This document shows, piece by piece, positions 40,320 to 53,750 of a DNA stretch of 64,000 nt (the first letter of the stretch is position 1; each line of letters begins with the position of its first letter). The position numbers and the translations under genes are program-made. Below the pieces are notes generated by a model. The model was not told the origin of the DNA. It was given only the letters and a program-made list of their open reading frames with translations, and made no database searches. Source of the DNA: Ophelia neglecta (lineage: Eukaryota); NCBI GenBank assembly GCA_965285935.1, contig OZ260661.1, positions 48,484,001-48,548,000 of the forward strand. The letters are read 5' to 3'.

Positions 40320-41313
40320 TGTGGCGATCTCTGGATCTTACAATTGGTTTCGATTTTTTCAAGGTACGACTAATCTCCAATGGTTGCTACGATCTCCAAT
40401 TGCAGTCGAATACCGCGATTGCCTTTACGGCTGGCTAGATGTAGGTCATGCTGCGATTGGTGGAACGTGTGGTAGTCCGATCACCAACGATTCAAGAAAA
40501 TCGGTCCAAAGATTCATCTCAGGTGATCGTGCGACTAGTGGTGACTATCGGCGACCATAGTACGATTAATCAAGGCGACTTCCGACCGATCGTACGATTA
40601 GTTGAGGCGGTCTGCGACTGAAATCGACTCCTTCTACAATTCCCGCACCCAGTTGGCATAGTTTTCCTAGGAGGACCGGCTCTGATGGCAGGGTTGCACT
40701 CTAAACTGTCGCTTTCTTCTCCCCTTACCCTGTTTTCTCCCTTGGAGCAGTACGGCTGCGCACTGACACAGTCCCCCGGCCGTTGTTGCTCAATCTGCCC
40801 CTGGCCAACATCCGATCGTCTTTTCGGCGGCACTGGTGGAAACGCCATAGCGATTCTCCCTTCGGGCTTCGTCGTGCAAAATTACTTCAACGCCATTTGC
40901 CGCTCAATATATACCGTCTCAGAGAGGTAACACCAATCGTAAGTTCGTGCGACCAGTTGCGACAGGTCATGACTTGTCGCACTACCGAACACTAGGCCGT
41001 ACGACAAGTTTTACCACCATACGGTAGGTGGCACGTCCAGTAGCACCACCAATCGTGCGATTGTTACAGCTGCGATCATGCACGACTAGTGGTGCGACTA
41101 TGTTCGCCTAGTGGTACGACTGTCTGCGATTTAGAATCGCAGGTCAGAAAATTTGAACGTGACCATCGAGCTTTCTGAGACTGGTTTTGCTCTGGCAATC
41201 ATCCACAACTTCTCCGACCAGTCGCACGCTCTGTCTACGATTTGATCACGATTTCTATATATTTTGGTCGTAACTAGGTCGTAACCTGGTCGTGAGACCG
41301 GTGTGACTTGGCT
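40320..41313 (-). mobile_element. Non-autonomous PIF/Harbinger-derived element, left end missing
   Basis: Right terminus ...CCGGTGTGACTTGGCT|TAA (AGCCAAGTCACAC end plus TAA target); dense subterminal (A/G)CGA(C/T) motifs; direct repeat CGACTAGTGGTG at 40532 and 41083; sharp CpG enrichment; internal transposase-like scrap. Confidence 0.65.
40620..40765 (-). pseudogene. Remnant of a Harbinger (HARBI1-like) transposase N-terminus
   Basis: Minus-strand frame not in the ORF track reads CAAVLLQGRKQGKGRRKRQFRVQPCHQSRSS*ENYANWVREL*KES, similar to the 'AAxLL..RRxRRxWVxPW...Y.NLxxEL..E' start of animal Harbinger transposases. Confidence 0.5.
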
Positions 41314-44300
41314 TAAGATCGCGATTGCCTGCGATATTTCGCCTCAACTCCACGAAGGAAGCTCTAAGATATATTTAGAAAACAGACAAAAATGGTTTGT
41401 TCGGTTTTGTAAGGATTTAGTCAGAACGAACAATTAAAAGCTTGTTATAGGTGTGCTTTGTCTTCAAAACAATGAGTCATTGTTTTGAATTACGTAAGTT
41501 ATGAGAGTTCCGTGCACAAATTCTCTCTTTTGATCAATAAAAACTATCGTATATTATAGATACACTTTTGTTCAGTCACAAAAAAAGCGGATGTGATTCA
41601 GCTTATCAAATTAACACGATCGCTATTAAATACATTGTTTGAAGAGAACTAAGCCTTGTTTTCCGATTCCACTTTTGAAGGAACTTTGACATGCCCCAAC
41701 GGTCGGGCGTATTGTTGGACTTTTCTATTTGTGTTTTATTCTCCTATTGTTCACTAGAGAGCATGATCCATGTAAGTTCTCGTAGGGCATAATTCGTTTT
41801 TTTCCCTTCATATGCCTCAACCACCAACTCTTTTACAGTTTGGTTTAACATTTCTGCTCCATTAAAAGTAAACTTTTGAATGAATTTGCTAGTATGTGGT
41901 ATTTTGTAGACTTGCAGTTGAAGCTTACTGATTATTTTAGACTAATAAACTGCGATTTATTTATGATCGCCGACCTGTTTTGTCAATCGTGTACCCATGC
42001 TCTATATTTCTCCAAAATTACGCTAATTACTTCTGATTTATTGCAAACTCGATAAACACAACGTATAGGATCAACACTTTAGTTGGGAAGAAAGTCGTTA
42101 AAGTGATACAGCTATGTGTTCGATGTGGCTAGACGTATCTTTTAAAATAAGTGAAGACTGGAAGGTAGGATAATTTATATTTTAAGACCCTTCAAAATTT
42201 GAAAAGCGGAATGTATAAATCTATTCATGTCTACTTGGGCGGGAAATAAGTCTACGAGTGAGATCATAAAGGCGATGTGGGCAGGCGTCATGTCTGTCTT
42301 GTTCAGTTGATAGATCGCCCACTATAGCGAGGGTTAGTTTCCACAGCGCTCATCACTCAGTGGAGGTATTTACATGGAATTTATATGAACAGACGATCAT
42401 TGAAATTTTTAACCTGAACGTTTCACGCGTTCTTACTTAATACTTATTTTGATATCCAGTTCTTTGAGTAGTCCGAGGAAAAAACAAAGGTCTAGGAGTC
42501 TGTCTTCGGAGATGTGTTCACCTAGCCCCGGGTATGGTAGAATCAAAGTGCGTTTAATCAACAGTGCCTACTATAAATTTAAACATCTACCCTGGCACCT
42601 GAACCCCAATGGGCTCTGAATTTGATAAGTAGATTTGTTAACAGTAGCCTAAGGGTGATTTTCCAAATAAATACGTTTAATGCATCTGAATACAGATTCA
42701 TACAGTGTCCTGCAAATCCCACTACAGTTGTCAGGACACGGTAAAACATTCTCAAGGAAATGAAGTATGACAACTTAATAAAAATAAAGAGATAAAGATA
42801 AGAGCACTTAGCCAATGGAGCAGATGATGCCCAGTTAACTGTGATAATTATACATGCAATTGCTAGAGTTATGAAATCGAATAAGGTTTCCATTTTTGGT
42901 CTACCTGATTAAGGAAACTACACGCTATTTAAATACACTGTTATAATAATCACTATCAAAATTATTATTATCATAAATTATAATTGATGTTGTTTATCAA
43001 ACCTATCGAATCAGTAAACTGAGCAACTCCTGAATCTAACACTGCTAGCTCTAACTTTTTATTGTATATAATATTTTTCGATTAGCCATTCATTTAATAC
43101 AAAATAAAACACTTGCCGCCAAGATATCGGATAGTGGTCAGAATTACCCAATTAGGACAAATCCGATAGCTATTATATTCTTCCACTTCCAATCATTAAA
43201 AAGGACAACCCATGCCGCCAAAATGGCGGCCAATTTGCAGAATAACAAAATAAGTAAAAATCAGACATGTATTATGCATCATACCCTTCCGTCGAGAGTG
43301 AGTGTTCTATTGAAGGCAATATCGCAGTCTACTGCTTAACTAAACAATAAGCACCGATCAGATTCTGCTTGTAGAGCCATTTTGTTGTCACTTATATCAA
43401 TTACCTTAGCCAAAAAAAGAACAACTATTATATTTGTGTATGAGTAATGGACATAAAACAGAGTCAATCGGACCTCTAGCTAACAGAAACATGCAGACGA
43501 TCACATAGACAGTTTTTAGGCACACTGCAATATAGGGAGGTCCTGCCAATTCCGAAAGAAATCATATTTTCATAGTGGAATATAATTTGGTATGAAATGA
43601 TTACAGGGACAACAAAACAAGAAAAACTGGGTAATTGCGTTCCAGAGGCATTACCCAATCAACGCCCCGTTCGCAGAGAGTATTGTTTATAGCTTTAATA
43701 ATGTATGCGTTATTGTTATATAGAAATAATCGATTATCATTTTTACCTAATTATTGTGTGTTCTCCTATGTCAAATATCCGCTTATAATTGTACTTCCAT
43801 CGGTCATTATCCTACCCTAACTTATTCAACTGAGTTATATGATACGGCAGTCACCTGTAATAAAATGAGTAAGAGCGACAAAAACATAAATATGGACGGC
43901 ACACTGACAGGAATGGGTAGGAATGTGTCTTTCAATGAAGGGGCGCCACTTGTATGTTTGATGGGCATCTAGCTCATGGTGGAGCCAACTTAAAATATTA
44001 AAAAAATAAGTGTCTTGGTTGGTGCGATGACCAAGGAGTGTGTGTGTTTGGGGGGGGGGGAGGGGGGGGGGCTTTCAGTCCATGGGGTCAAAGCCCAGTC
44101 CCTTTTTGAACAATTTTGGTTGGGTAAGTGAAGTTTGCTGCAAGCTTACACATGGACATTATTTTCAAGGCCAAATTCGAATAAATTTCACATCTTGAGC
44201 TCCTTGCAGCTTCGGAAGAAGTTACTGATAAACCTTAATTTAGAATAATTAAAAGATCGACTGATAATGCGTTTTACTTCATGATGGTTGTGGGTTGTAT

Positions 44301-46302
44301 TCATTTGGGAAAAAGTGATTTTGTTGTTTTTTTGCTCCCTTGGTTCGCCATGGTGAACCACTTGTATTTGGTGAATGTAAGTCATGCCTAGTTCGGTTGA
44401 AACAGCGAATTGGACGAAAGCGCAGGAATTGAATTGAATCCTCTTATAATCGACCGAGTAGTTATTTTACTCTTGCATCCCTTCACTCTTGCACAGGCCA
44501 ACTGAAAGCGTCTCGAGAACACCTTCAATAAATGTTTACCACATTACAGATAAATTTTGCGTTCATATTTACCCGGCGACGGCAATTTACGACAATACGA
44601 CAATAAACGTATACACGTATATGAAATCAGCCTCGAACTGCGATCAGCACCGATTGGACTGTTTAGATCTACACGTTTGCTATCGAAAGTTTGAGGTCTG
44701 AACTGCGTTTTACTATATTTATAAAGTACATATTAATTGAATTAATTCCTTTTAGCCAATAAGGAGCGATGTGAAAGTACTCTTTAACAAAAACCAATAT
44801 GTATATGCCATAATATGAATATTAGTTAAATGATAACCGTCTTATCCGTTTAACATTTTCCTAAAGTGACCTTGATTTGTTTACACTATGCACAGGATGT
44901 TTACTAAACGAATGCTTGGTCAACGTCATCGTTTGAAACAAAAGCATTTGGACAAGAAGCCTGCCTGTTGTAAACTGGCCCATGCATATATATCAAGACT
45001 GAGTACAGGGTTAAGTTATTGTCCTCGCCAATCGTGTGCATTGGGCTTTGGCGAATAATGGCCTTATGAAACAGTAACTTTGCTACATGTTCTTTGAAGA
45101 AACGTCACAGACCCGCTCATAATTCCTTGGAGAAGAATACCTGAAATCCATCATAGAGCACTTTATTTTAACGTTTCATTGCACAAGGCGCTGCAAGATC
45201 AATCGTTTTGATCGACAGATGCCAAGTGATTTATTATTAATTGTAGACAGAAGCTATTCTGGGAACAAATATAAAGCTTCCTCGGTGAAAGTAGGGGCAA
45301 AGACATTATAAGTGACACGAACATCCTGCCGACAGACAATTTATTTTTCGTAGAAGGGACGCTAGCTAGACTATATGGTGGTCTTTTTGTTTGCTCCTTC
45401 AGGGTTGGCAGGAAATATTCGATGCGGGGTGCAGTATGACAAGCTAATACATTTTCCGATAGATAGCTTATAAAAAATCATCAGAGCGTCTTGGGTATGA
45501 GATCGTAAGGTTCATATCCTGCCAGTGGATCTTAACGATCAATGTTTGCAATATACTGGACAGAAAATAAGTCAGCTCCATATTTGCATTGTCTTTGTGC
45601 TATCAGAGTAATGAACATCGCTAGCCACATGTCTCTGACTAACTTCTGCTTTATTGAAAGAACAAAATGGTCTACCTAGATTTCATGGACACACCGCCAA
45701 GGGTAAAGCTTCCTGAATAGATTGCAAGACACTCTTTACTCTACGCTTACCAGTTGCGTTCTTGCATTCAAATACAATTATTTCATGAGAACCAGAGTCG
45801 CATCGATTGTCTAATAAGAGCCTGTGCTCAATATCACAACCCTTTCATTTATGATAAGCGCAAATATTGTCCTTTTTATGGTAAGTCTTGTGTAATCCAA
45901 ATTGAGTATGAGGCTTTCCTCATCAGCCGTTGAGTGCAGACTTCTACACATACCAGAAAACCTTTATCAACAGCCAGCAAGTCTTATACGCCATTGATGG
46001 ATGCATTTGATGCAAGGTATTTGGATCTCTTCCCCCAAACATAACCAAGACAAAAATACCTAGTATGTTTGATTGGCAGTACAAGCTGTGGTGTAGATGG
46101 TAAGGAACATATAATATTGTGAACAATAAAATACATCATCATGTGTAAATACCAGTAAGAACTAGAGCCTTTGCTTATTAACTAGTAAAATGGACCAAAT
46201 TTTATGGAAAAATAACATTAAAATTTGTTATTCAGAAGCCGGCTTTATGTCCTTTTTATTTAATAGTCGAACCATGCAATTAAACACTCAGCTATTTACG
46301 CA

Positions 46303-46854
46303 CTGTATGTAGATGCATGGCTTATCAATGGCAGTAAAACAGTCTGCAGCATTGGCAACTCATTGCATATGTTATTATCACATTTTTCAATATTGAGCAC
46401 ATCGGATGGATATTATTAAAACTCCGCTGAGCGTGCCAAACGACCAGAATATAGGAATGCCAGAAATGCGCGACAAGAACTGATACTAGCATTGCCAAAG
46501 CTACCAGAGCCAGGCAAGTGGCCAAAGGCTTCCAGTATAGTAGATAAAGGTGGCAAATTCAATTTGTCGGAATAATGAAGCAATTTCTCTAATGGGGACC
46601 CTGGACAGAAAATGGCATCCTGTGATTTAAGCAGACCCGGGTCAAAGAGGAAAAGTTGCAAACTGGCACACGCGTCCCTGTGCGTCAGAATATACAGGCG
46701 AAAAGAGAAGGACCATAAATTAAACGGCACAGGTGTATAAAGACGACTTGTCGCAACCTGTTTCACGTGTAGCATCAGAGGCTGATAATCGCTGTGCCGT
46801 GTAACACCGGGGAAATACATTTGAATAATCTGGCAGCAACCACAAAACATTTAG
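46303..46854 (+). pseudogene. Possible decayed piggyBac-like transposase C-terminus
   Basis: One + frame with stops: ...STSDGYY*N...ARQELILAL...GSKRKSCKL...ATCFTCSI...SLCR...I*IIWQ, resembling the 'NAYxxY..FRxxLIxxL' helix and the C-terminal Cys-rich domain. The 144-aa minus ORF (46416-46850) is its antisense shadow. Confidence 0.35.
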
Positions 46855-48789
46855 AAGCAATAAAGCAAACGATGTATTTCTACCCCAAGACTATTTATTC
46901 GTACTAAATATAGGCTATGTTTTGGAAATACTGCTATAATATAATGTCTTATATAAGGTCATTTTCAGTCGACCCGGAGATTGCGATACATGTCGGTCCG
47001 TACCTCATAATTCTAGCAACATATCTTACTTTCTACCCTTTTCTTCAAATGCCAAGCCTACTCACTGTCTTGGAAACTATTTGTGAATTCTGTCATGATT
47101 CACCAAATGGAAAAAAATACCAGTTTAGTTTGCCGTAATTTTTATTACAAATTTGCTGACATTTTAATGTTTATACATTTTAGCATCTGCCTCCTTCAAT
47201 AACTCTCATACCTTTGTGTTAGATCGCCATTATTCAACACGTGCATATGATAACTTAAAACTAGTAGAGTATTTACCGCATCGTGAACTAGCTAGGCAGT
47301 CTAACATTTATTAAGATTCACATTTGTTGAACCGTGTGCCGTCGGAGTGGTGGGACATATCTCCCAAGTCTGTTTTAAAAAGCCTTTCGTATTTTTTATA
47401 ATATATCTCCATATATCGGATATTTAATGTTTGTGTAATATACCTTATTTCTGTCCGATTTTAAATCTTTATGTATATAAATATATGATTTGCTGTGCTA
47501 TAGTTTGTACATATTCATGCAATACTGGGCCCCTGGGACGGACAGCTGAGCCGATAGTCCAGGGTATAGATTCAAAACAGAGACAATCGTCAACCGATGA
47601 TAGATTCATCGCTTGCATACGAGTGGCATTCGATACAGCTAATGATATACGGTGCCGGTCCAAGAATTATATGGGAAATATCTATGATATGAGTTCACTC
47701 TACCTATTGTTCACTTATATCTGGCCACAAAAGATCCTTAGAGCGTCGGTTGTCAGTCGAGGCTGTCAGTCGAGGACTTAATGCGTAACTAATGGTATTT
47801 GGCGAGTCAGATTCGTTAAAACTTGAACTGTGTCTCGGTTTTGTTTCTCCATCTGGATCCCCAAAAATTATTTCGAGTTACCCTTTTCACAAAACCTGTG
47901 TATATGAATGTTCATATCTGGATAGCTTTAAAACAGAAATCTGTGTTGTTTCCTCCCGAGGCATCATATTAATGCTTCTTTATTAGAACGTATAATTAGG
48001 TGCCAGTAAGTTGTTTTTTTTCCAAATTCCCAAGGAGACCATTTATTGTCTCTGTAATATGGACTAAAATCCAAGAGGGTCATGAGCCAAATGAGCTGGT
48101 TGAAGAAGGTTCCAAACTTGTTAGGGATTTTTCCGTTCGGAGGCCTCTTCATTCCATCAGGGGTATTTATAACAGTGTACACCAGCGAAATAGACAGCAT
48201 TATTATCATTATTGTCCAAAAAGATTTAATTTATAATGATTCTTATAGAGTCTTATTATCTTTTCATTTGTAATATGCACAGAAACGGTAAAATGGGTCT
48301 AACTACTAAAGGCAGGTTATATGTTGCATATTGACCATAAATACCTAATACCAACACAATTAAGCACCATTGTATGATATTGTTTGCACAGGATTGGATT
48401 ATTTTAATCCTCAAGCAAATAAATATTGGGTGTTGATTTAAACTTATTCAATTGTGCTGTTTGATCCCGAGCCTGGTACATTAACACTGGATGACCAACG
48501 ATAATAAAACGAATACCAGCTACGAACATAAGGCGCTACAAGGCAACTGTGCTGCAAAGTGTCATCGAAAAGTATAACAAATGTAGATTAGGCAAAAATG
48601 CATGCCACATTGTAAATGATCGAACTATTTGTTACTTTAAACTAGGTGAGAGCGTATACAGGGATTTCAAATTTCCTTATCAGTAAACGGGAAAAAAGGG
48701 AACGGACACCAGGCATAATAACCAAAATCGGACATCAAGAATTATATTTTAGATCCGTCTGAATTCATTTGAGACCATCAGCTGCAGGC

Positions 48790-49105
48790 CTCATCCCTCC
48801 TTCCTACTCCTTCCAACCCTCGCCCATTCCTCCCTCCCCCGAACATAGCTCCTTACCAAAAACGTCCCTCACTACTCCTCCCTCTTTTTCCCTGCCTGCA
48901 ACACCCCCCTGTTTTTTTTTTTGCCTTTCAAAACGTTCGCCGCTTATTTCTTACTTCTATGCTCTGCTGTTCCACACTCCCCCAGTTCCCTCGGTCATCC
49001 CTGCTCGTCCCTTTCCCACTGCCTCCATCCCTCTCCCTTCAATGTCATTGTAGAACCCTCTCAGCCTCTCCTCCATTAAACACTGACCCTTCTGTCCCTC
49101 CTGTT
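48790..49105. repeat. Pyrimidine-rich (C/T) low-complexity tract
   Basis: ~300 bp strongly depleted of G on the + strand; accounts for the Pro/Ser-rich ORF 48769-49053. Confidence 0.7.
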
Positions 49106-52100
49106 TCAATGTTTCTTTGAATTAACGCATACAGGGAAATCTTATTGTGTATAATCGTATTGTGTACTTAACTGTAGGACTCTTTTTCAGTTTTAGCGGT
49201 ATGATTTTTGTCAAGTGTGCTGGAATTGTGTATGAAGATGACACTGGTGATAAATTATATAAAAGAACGCATAACCATTAATCGGAAATTAAAATGAAGG
49301 GAATTTCCTGCTCATTTTATTGCTTATCGGATTTCATAATCGGGCTAGAACCCAGAAGAATGATATTATTATTAAAGTGGAACCAGAAAATGAAATTATT
49401 CAACATTCTTGATCCTTAATTCGTAACATTGGTGATATTTCTACTAGCATGTAAGTGAATTAAAAGGGGAATAGCAGTGCGCCTTTGATCATGAAATGAT
49501 GCACGGTTAAGAGAGATTTGACGTATGTACCATAACAGACACATTATTTGCTTCTGTTCACATTCATTTGGATCTGTGACTGTCAGACGTATTACCATTA
49601 AGTCTCGAAGACTGCTGTAGTGAAGGTCATAGAATAGGAAAGAATAGTCAAATAGAAAATAAAGATTGCTATATTCAGGAATAAGGTGGACACATTGGAC
49701 ACATTTGCGTTATTTGGAAAAAAACACAATTATCATTAAATCGCCCTGGGTTAAAATGGACGCTCTACGTCAGTATTGATGATTATTCCGGCAGCGTAGT
49801 CAGATACTTAAGTTCACACATGAGCACTTGTGAAACCCTATAGATGTGCCTGACTGCACAACAGATTGTTGGTTAAGTACAGTGTAAGAGCATCACTAGG
49901 ACTCTCATTTTCTTGATACACACTGATGTTATACATAGAAGTAATAGGCATTTTAGTTCTCTTATTATAACTCTTATTTAATTAGAGCAATATACAAGCA
50001 TTATTTTACTGTTGAACAGTTTATTTTTGCAATTCTCAGAGTTCTTTTTTCAAAAGGACAAATCCCCTTGAAAAGAAAGTGGAACGCCTCCAATGAAACA
50101 CCTAAGGACAAATGACAAACTAAGTAACCAACATCTATCGTTTGATAACGTTTACTGTCGATTAAGGATTATCAATGCCTGTGTTGAAAAAACCATTTGA
50201 CCTTGGAAATATTTTTGACCTTTCTGTTATCTCTTTGGAGAATAACTACAATGACACTTAATCTGAAGATACAAGAATTGATTTGATATTTTAGTACGTG
50301 CATCGCCAATTTTACAGATGAGTGGTGCGGTGCCCTATAATTAAGTGTAAATAGCCTTAGGGTAATGATGGGTTACACTGTGTTAACCTTCTCCCTCTGA
50401 ATACATCACTTCATGTGACCATTGTTGAATTTGACTGCCGTGAGATTCGCTTAAGGCTTAGTTCATTGATAAAATAAAGATGAAATTAGATACCAGTCTA
50501 AAATCACAGGAAGAGCAGAGAGAAGGTGAAAACAAAGTAACAGCTAAAGGGATAGTTACTTTTAAATGAATATTTCTCCTCACAGTGTTGTGAACTTCAG
50601 AATGTTATATATTAATAATTTAGTACAACTAAATCCTCATTCGCTACAGATATTATGGTGAACATGTTAACCTCCTGTGCTCCCGAAGGAATAGTTTGAT
50701 ACCATGTATCATGTAAGATAGGCATGAATGCACAGATATAATGCAATAATATTCGTAGCGTGGACTCAAATGAAGATATAGTTTTACATTGAAAACTGAC
50801 ATAAATATATATAACTATCGCAAATACATATGTCAATCTTTAATGTACCTAGCATAAGTGTCGAATTTAACATGAAATCAAAGTTTTGAAAAGTCCTATC
50901 TAGAGCGAGTTGGTTGTGGCATGAAATCATATGACATTGGGGCAGCAGCACATGGCAGCTATATCAATTACAAAGACGTTTAACAAGCAAGAAAACGGTG
51001 TTATGAATATTCCCATGAAATCCTCTTGCTACAGCATATGTGAGTATGTTAGTATATGCTGAAATGCGAAATGCATCTTCGTGGTTGGAAAGCAAAACAA
51101 TATTGCTTGGGAAAAGATGTCTTTCATCTTTTTATCGTTTTAGTTTTTCCATCTAAAGACTCCACTATGTTTGACAAACTAGCGTTGCCAGAACCTCTGA
51201 CAGCGAGAGAGTCGTGTAGAATTAGACTGCCGTAATCTGCTTGTTACAATCAAGCCCGGAGGCGGGTTCCAAACAAATGCGTTCTTCTATTAGAACTGAC
51301 GGCCAGATGTCTGTTAGTTGTTACCCGAACTACTGGAAATAAGCAGTCCACTTACAACCACTTTGGTTTCACTTCCAAGCGATGGCAGGTGTAGATAGTC
51401 CTGTCGGAACCGTTCGAGGACCTCTTTAGTTAATGAGTAACCCATATACCGATAGATATTATATTATAACACAGCATATCCATACTGCACGCTCCTGAGG
51501 ACGCGAAACGAGTACATCCGACGGTTTAAATATCAATGACAAGTGACTGATGTTGCAATCGCTGACCAGGTGTTGATAATTAAAATCGAATATTTCACTG
51601 AAGCAAAGGAAGTCTTTATTTAAGGTGGGAAGATTAATTAGGTTAATTAAAGATAATTAAAAACAAGCATACATATCGACAACGTAAGAACCTCGTCAAT
51701 ATAGTATCCTCAAATTCCTAACGACCGTAAAAGGTAGGTCACAACTCATGTTGGCCTACGCATTAAACGAGCAAAATAATTTAGCCACTTTTAAGAGGGT
51801 CGAAGTAAATAATTTATTCTCCAAGCCATCTGTAGGTTGTTAGGTATCTGTTTTTAAATGTATCTCACTCTTATTAAGTCGGATGCTTAGTTTTTTTTTT
51901 GTTTTGGAGTAAAGACAACACTTACTTACAGCGTGTGTTGCTATGAAATTTGCTGGCTTAGAACAAAAGTGGCCCAATATTCCTCATAAAATTAAGTTGA
52001 TTATAGGGTGTGCAGAGGAGATGTTTCACTTTGCATATACAGTCGAGATGCAGGCAAAACTACTTCAATAGCTTACATGCGAAGCAGATATGACAAATCA

Positions 52101-53642
52101 AAACGAGTTCATTTATTTTTCTTTAAACTATTATTTCAATGTGCGGCTGCTCAAGGAAAAAAATTTCGAATATTTAATATTCTTCAGTCCCATTTAAAAG
52201 GAAACAATTCACTCGTACAATTGGCATATAACTCAATGCAACTCAATTTTTCATGAGGAATTAAGGTGTTGTGACACAGCTGATGGTTTCTAGCGTATAA
52301 GAGTAAATTAGATATATTTTTGGAACAAAAGACAATGTCCAGATTACTTGTTTTATGTAACCCTAAACAAGCAATCCTTCGAAAATAAAAAACAAAATTA
52401 ATAAAAAAAAGTTGAGTTGGGATGCTCTGTTAGGAACTTGGTATAATCCTTTTGATAACCAACAATGACAGTTGTTCTAAACTGATCAATTTAATTTAAT
52501 TGATCATTCATTCCTTCAGAATTTTAATCGTTTGATCCACAGTGTGAGTTCAATCTCAGAATAAGCTTAAGTTTAGTAGCAGTACAGTCGCATGCTTTTC
52601 TGAAATAACTAAGAAGAACTTACATAATCCCTGGGCCCTCATGATAGTCAATACAATAAGCTAACTTAACATATTTATCATTTTGAATTGTTCCAATTGA
52701 TATCCAATTTAACACCCGTCAGTTCTTATTGCCTAGACCGGTGGTTTTGTCGGTGTATTGAGGCCGTTTTCAAATTGAATTTATTTAAACATGCAATTGC
52801 TATGTTCATGAATAAAATTATTAGGAAAAAGGAATGACTAGAAGACTAGTTGGTCTTAAAGCAGTCCACAGTAACAGGATGTTTCCCATTAATATGTACC
52901 ATAACATGTGTTTTGAAATAGAATCCATAGACCCTGTGCTCAGGGATGACGGGGACTATAACAGTGCTCTTCAACCGTCATTTTTTTGATATGGGGGATA
53001 GAATCGCTGTGTTTGTGTCGCAACCAAATCAAGAAACACCTTTGAATTTTCCATACCAAAAAATTGAAAATCTGGATTTGGATTTCCGTTCCGAGTTAAA
53101 ATAGGCCTACATGGCCAGGTCTATTATAAAAATGTATCCTGTTTCGATAATAAATATATACTACCATGACCTCTGGCTGCAAAATAAAAACCGTACCCCA
53201 TGTGTTCAATGATGAGAATGACAATATCAGAACTGTCTTTTATAAGGGTTGGGTATGTAGTACAATGACCTGAGTCGCTGATTTCATTGCGCTATGTGGT
53301 GGTACCGGAAAGGATGTGGTTTGATTCCAAGCTAAGTTTACAAACACTTTTTAATATTAAAAACAAATGTTGATATAATAATATAATTATCACATGTTAA
53401 ATAGCCCTTACACGTGTGCCTTTGAAGAACTAAGGCACAGCCGGCTGGTCTTTAGGTAGGAGAAGGATCACCATCATTATGTTTTTGGCCATATCCTATT
53501 ACCACACATAATGATAAGTCTTAGCTTTACAAGAAAAGTCTAAAATCTGCCTCATTATTCATCCGTTTTTTGGACGTGTTATGCTCAGCAGCATTGCCTC
53601 CAGCAGCCAAGAAAGCGGTGCTACTCTAAAAATACTGCAGAA

Positions 53643-53750
53643 ATGCTGACCAGAAAGCCTGGCTCCATGTGTGGCAAACACTTCAGGATATATCATTCTA
53701 CTCCCAGCGTACAATGTGAGGATTGCTTCAAATGAGTAATTGCATGTATC
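53643..53750 (+). pseudogene. Possible PHD-finger remnant of the type carried by CR1/L2-group LINEs
   Basis: MLTRKPGSMCGKHFRIYHSTPSVQCEDCFK*VIAC versus PCxxCxK...xQCDxCxxWxHxxC; the TGA falls at the expected Trp. Confidence 0.3.

Noticed and set aside
43115-43290. GCCGCCAAAATGGCGGCC segment, plus other G/C-run patches (21620-21710, 26300-26350, 44040-44110)
   Set aside because: Probably old MITE debris, but no paired TIRs or TSDs could be defined.
45455-45530. Possible tRNA-derived SINE head (GGTTCATATCC B-box-like)
   Set aside because: A box and cloverleaf too degenerate and no second copy seen.
51495-51515. CTGAGGACGCGAAACGAGTA, hammerhead-like core
   Set aside because: No stem II and the flanks cannot form stem I.
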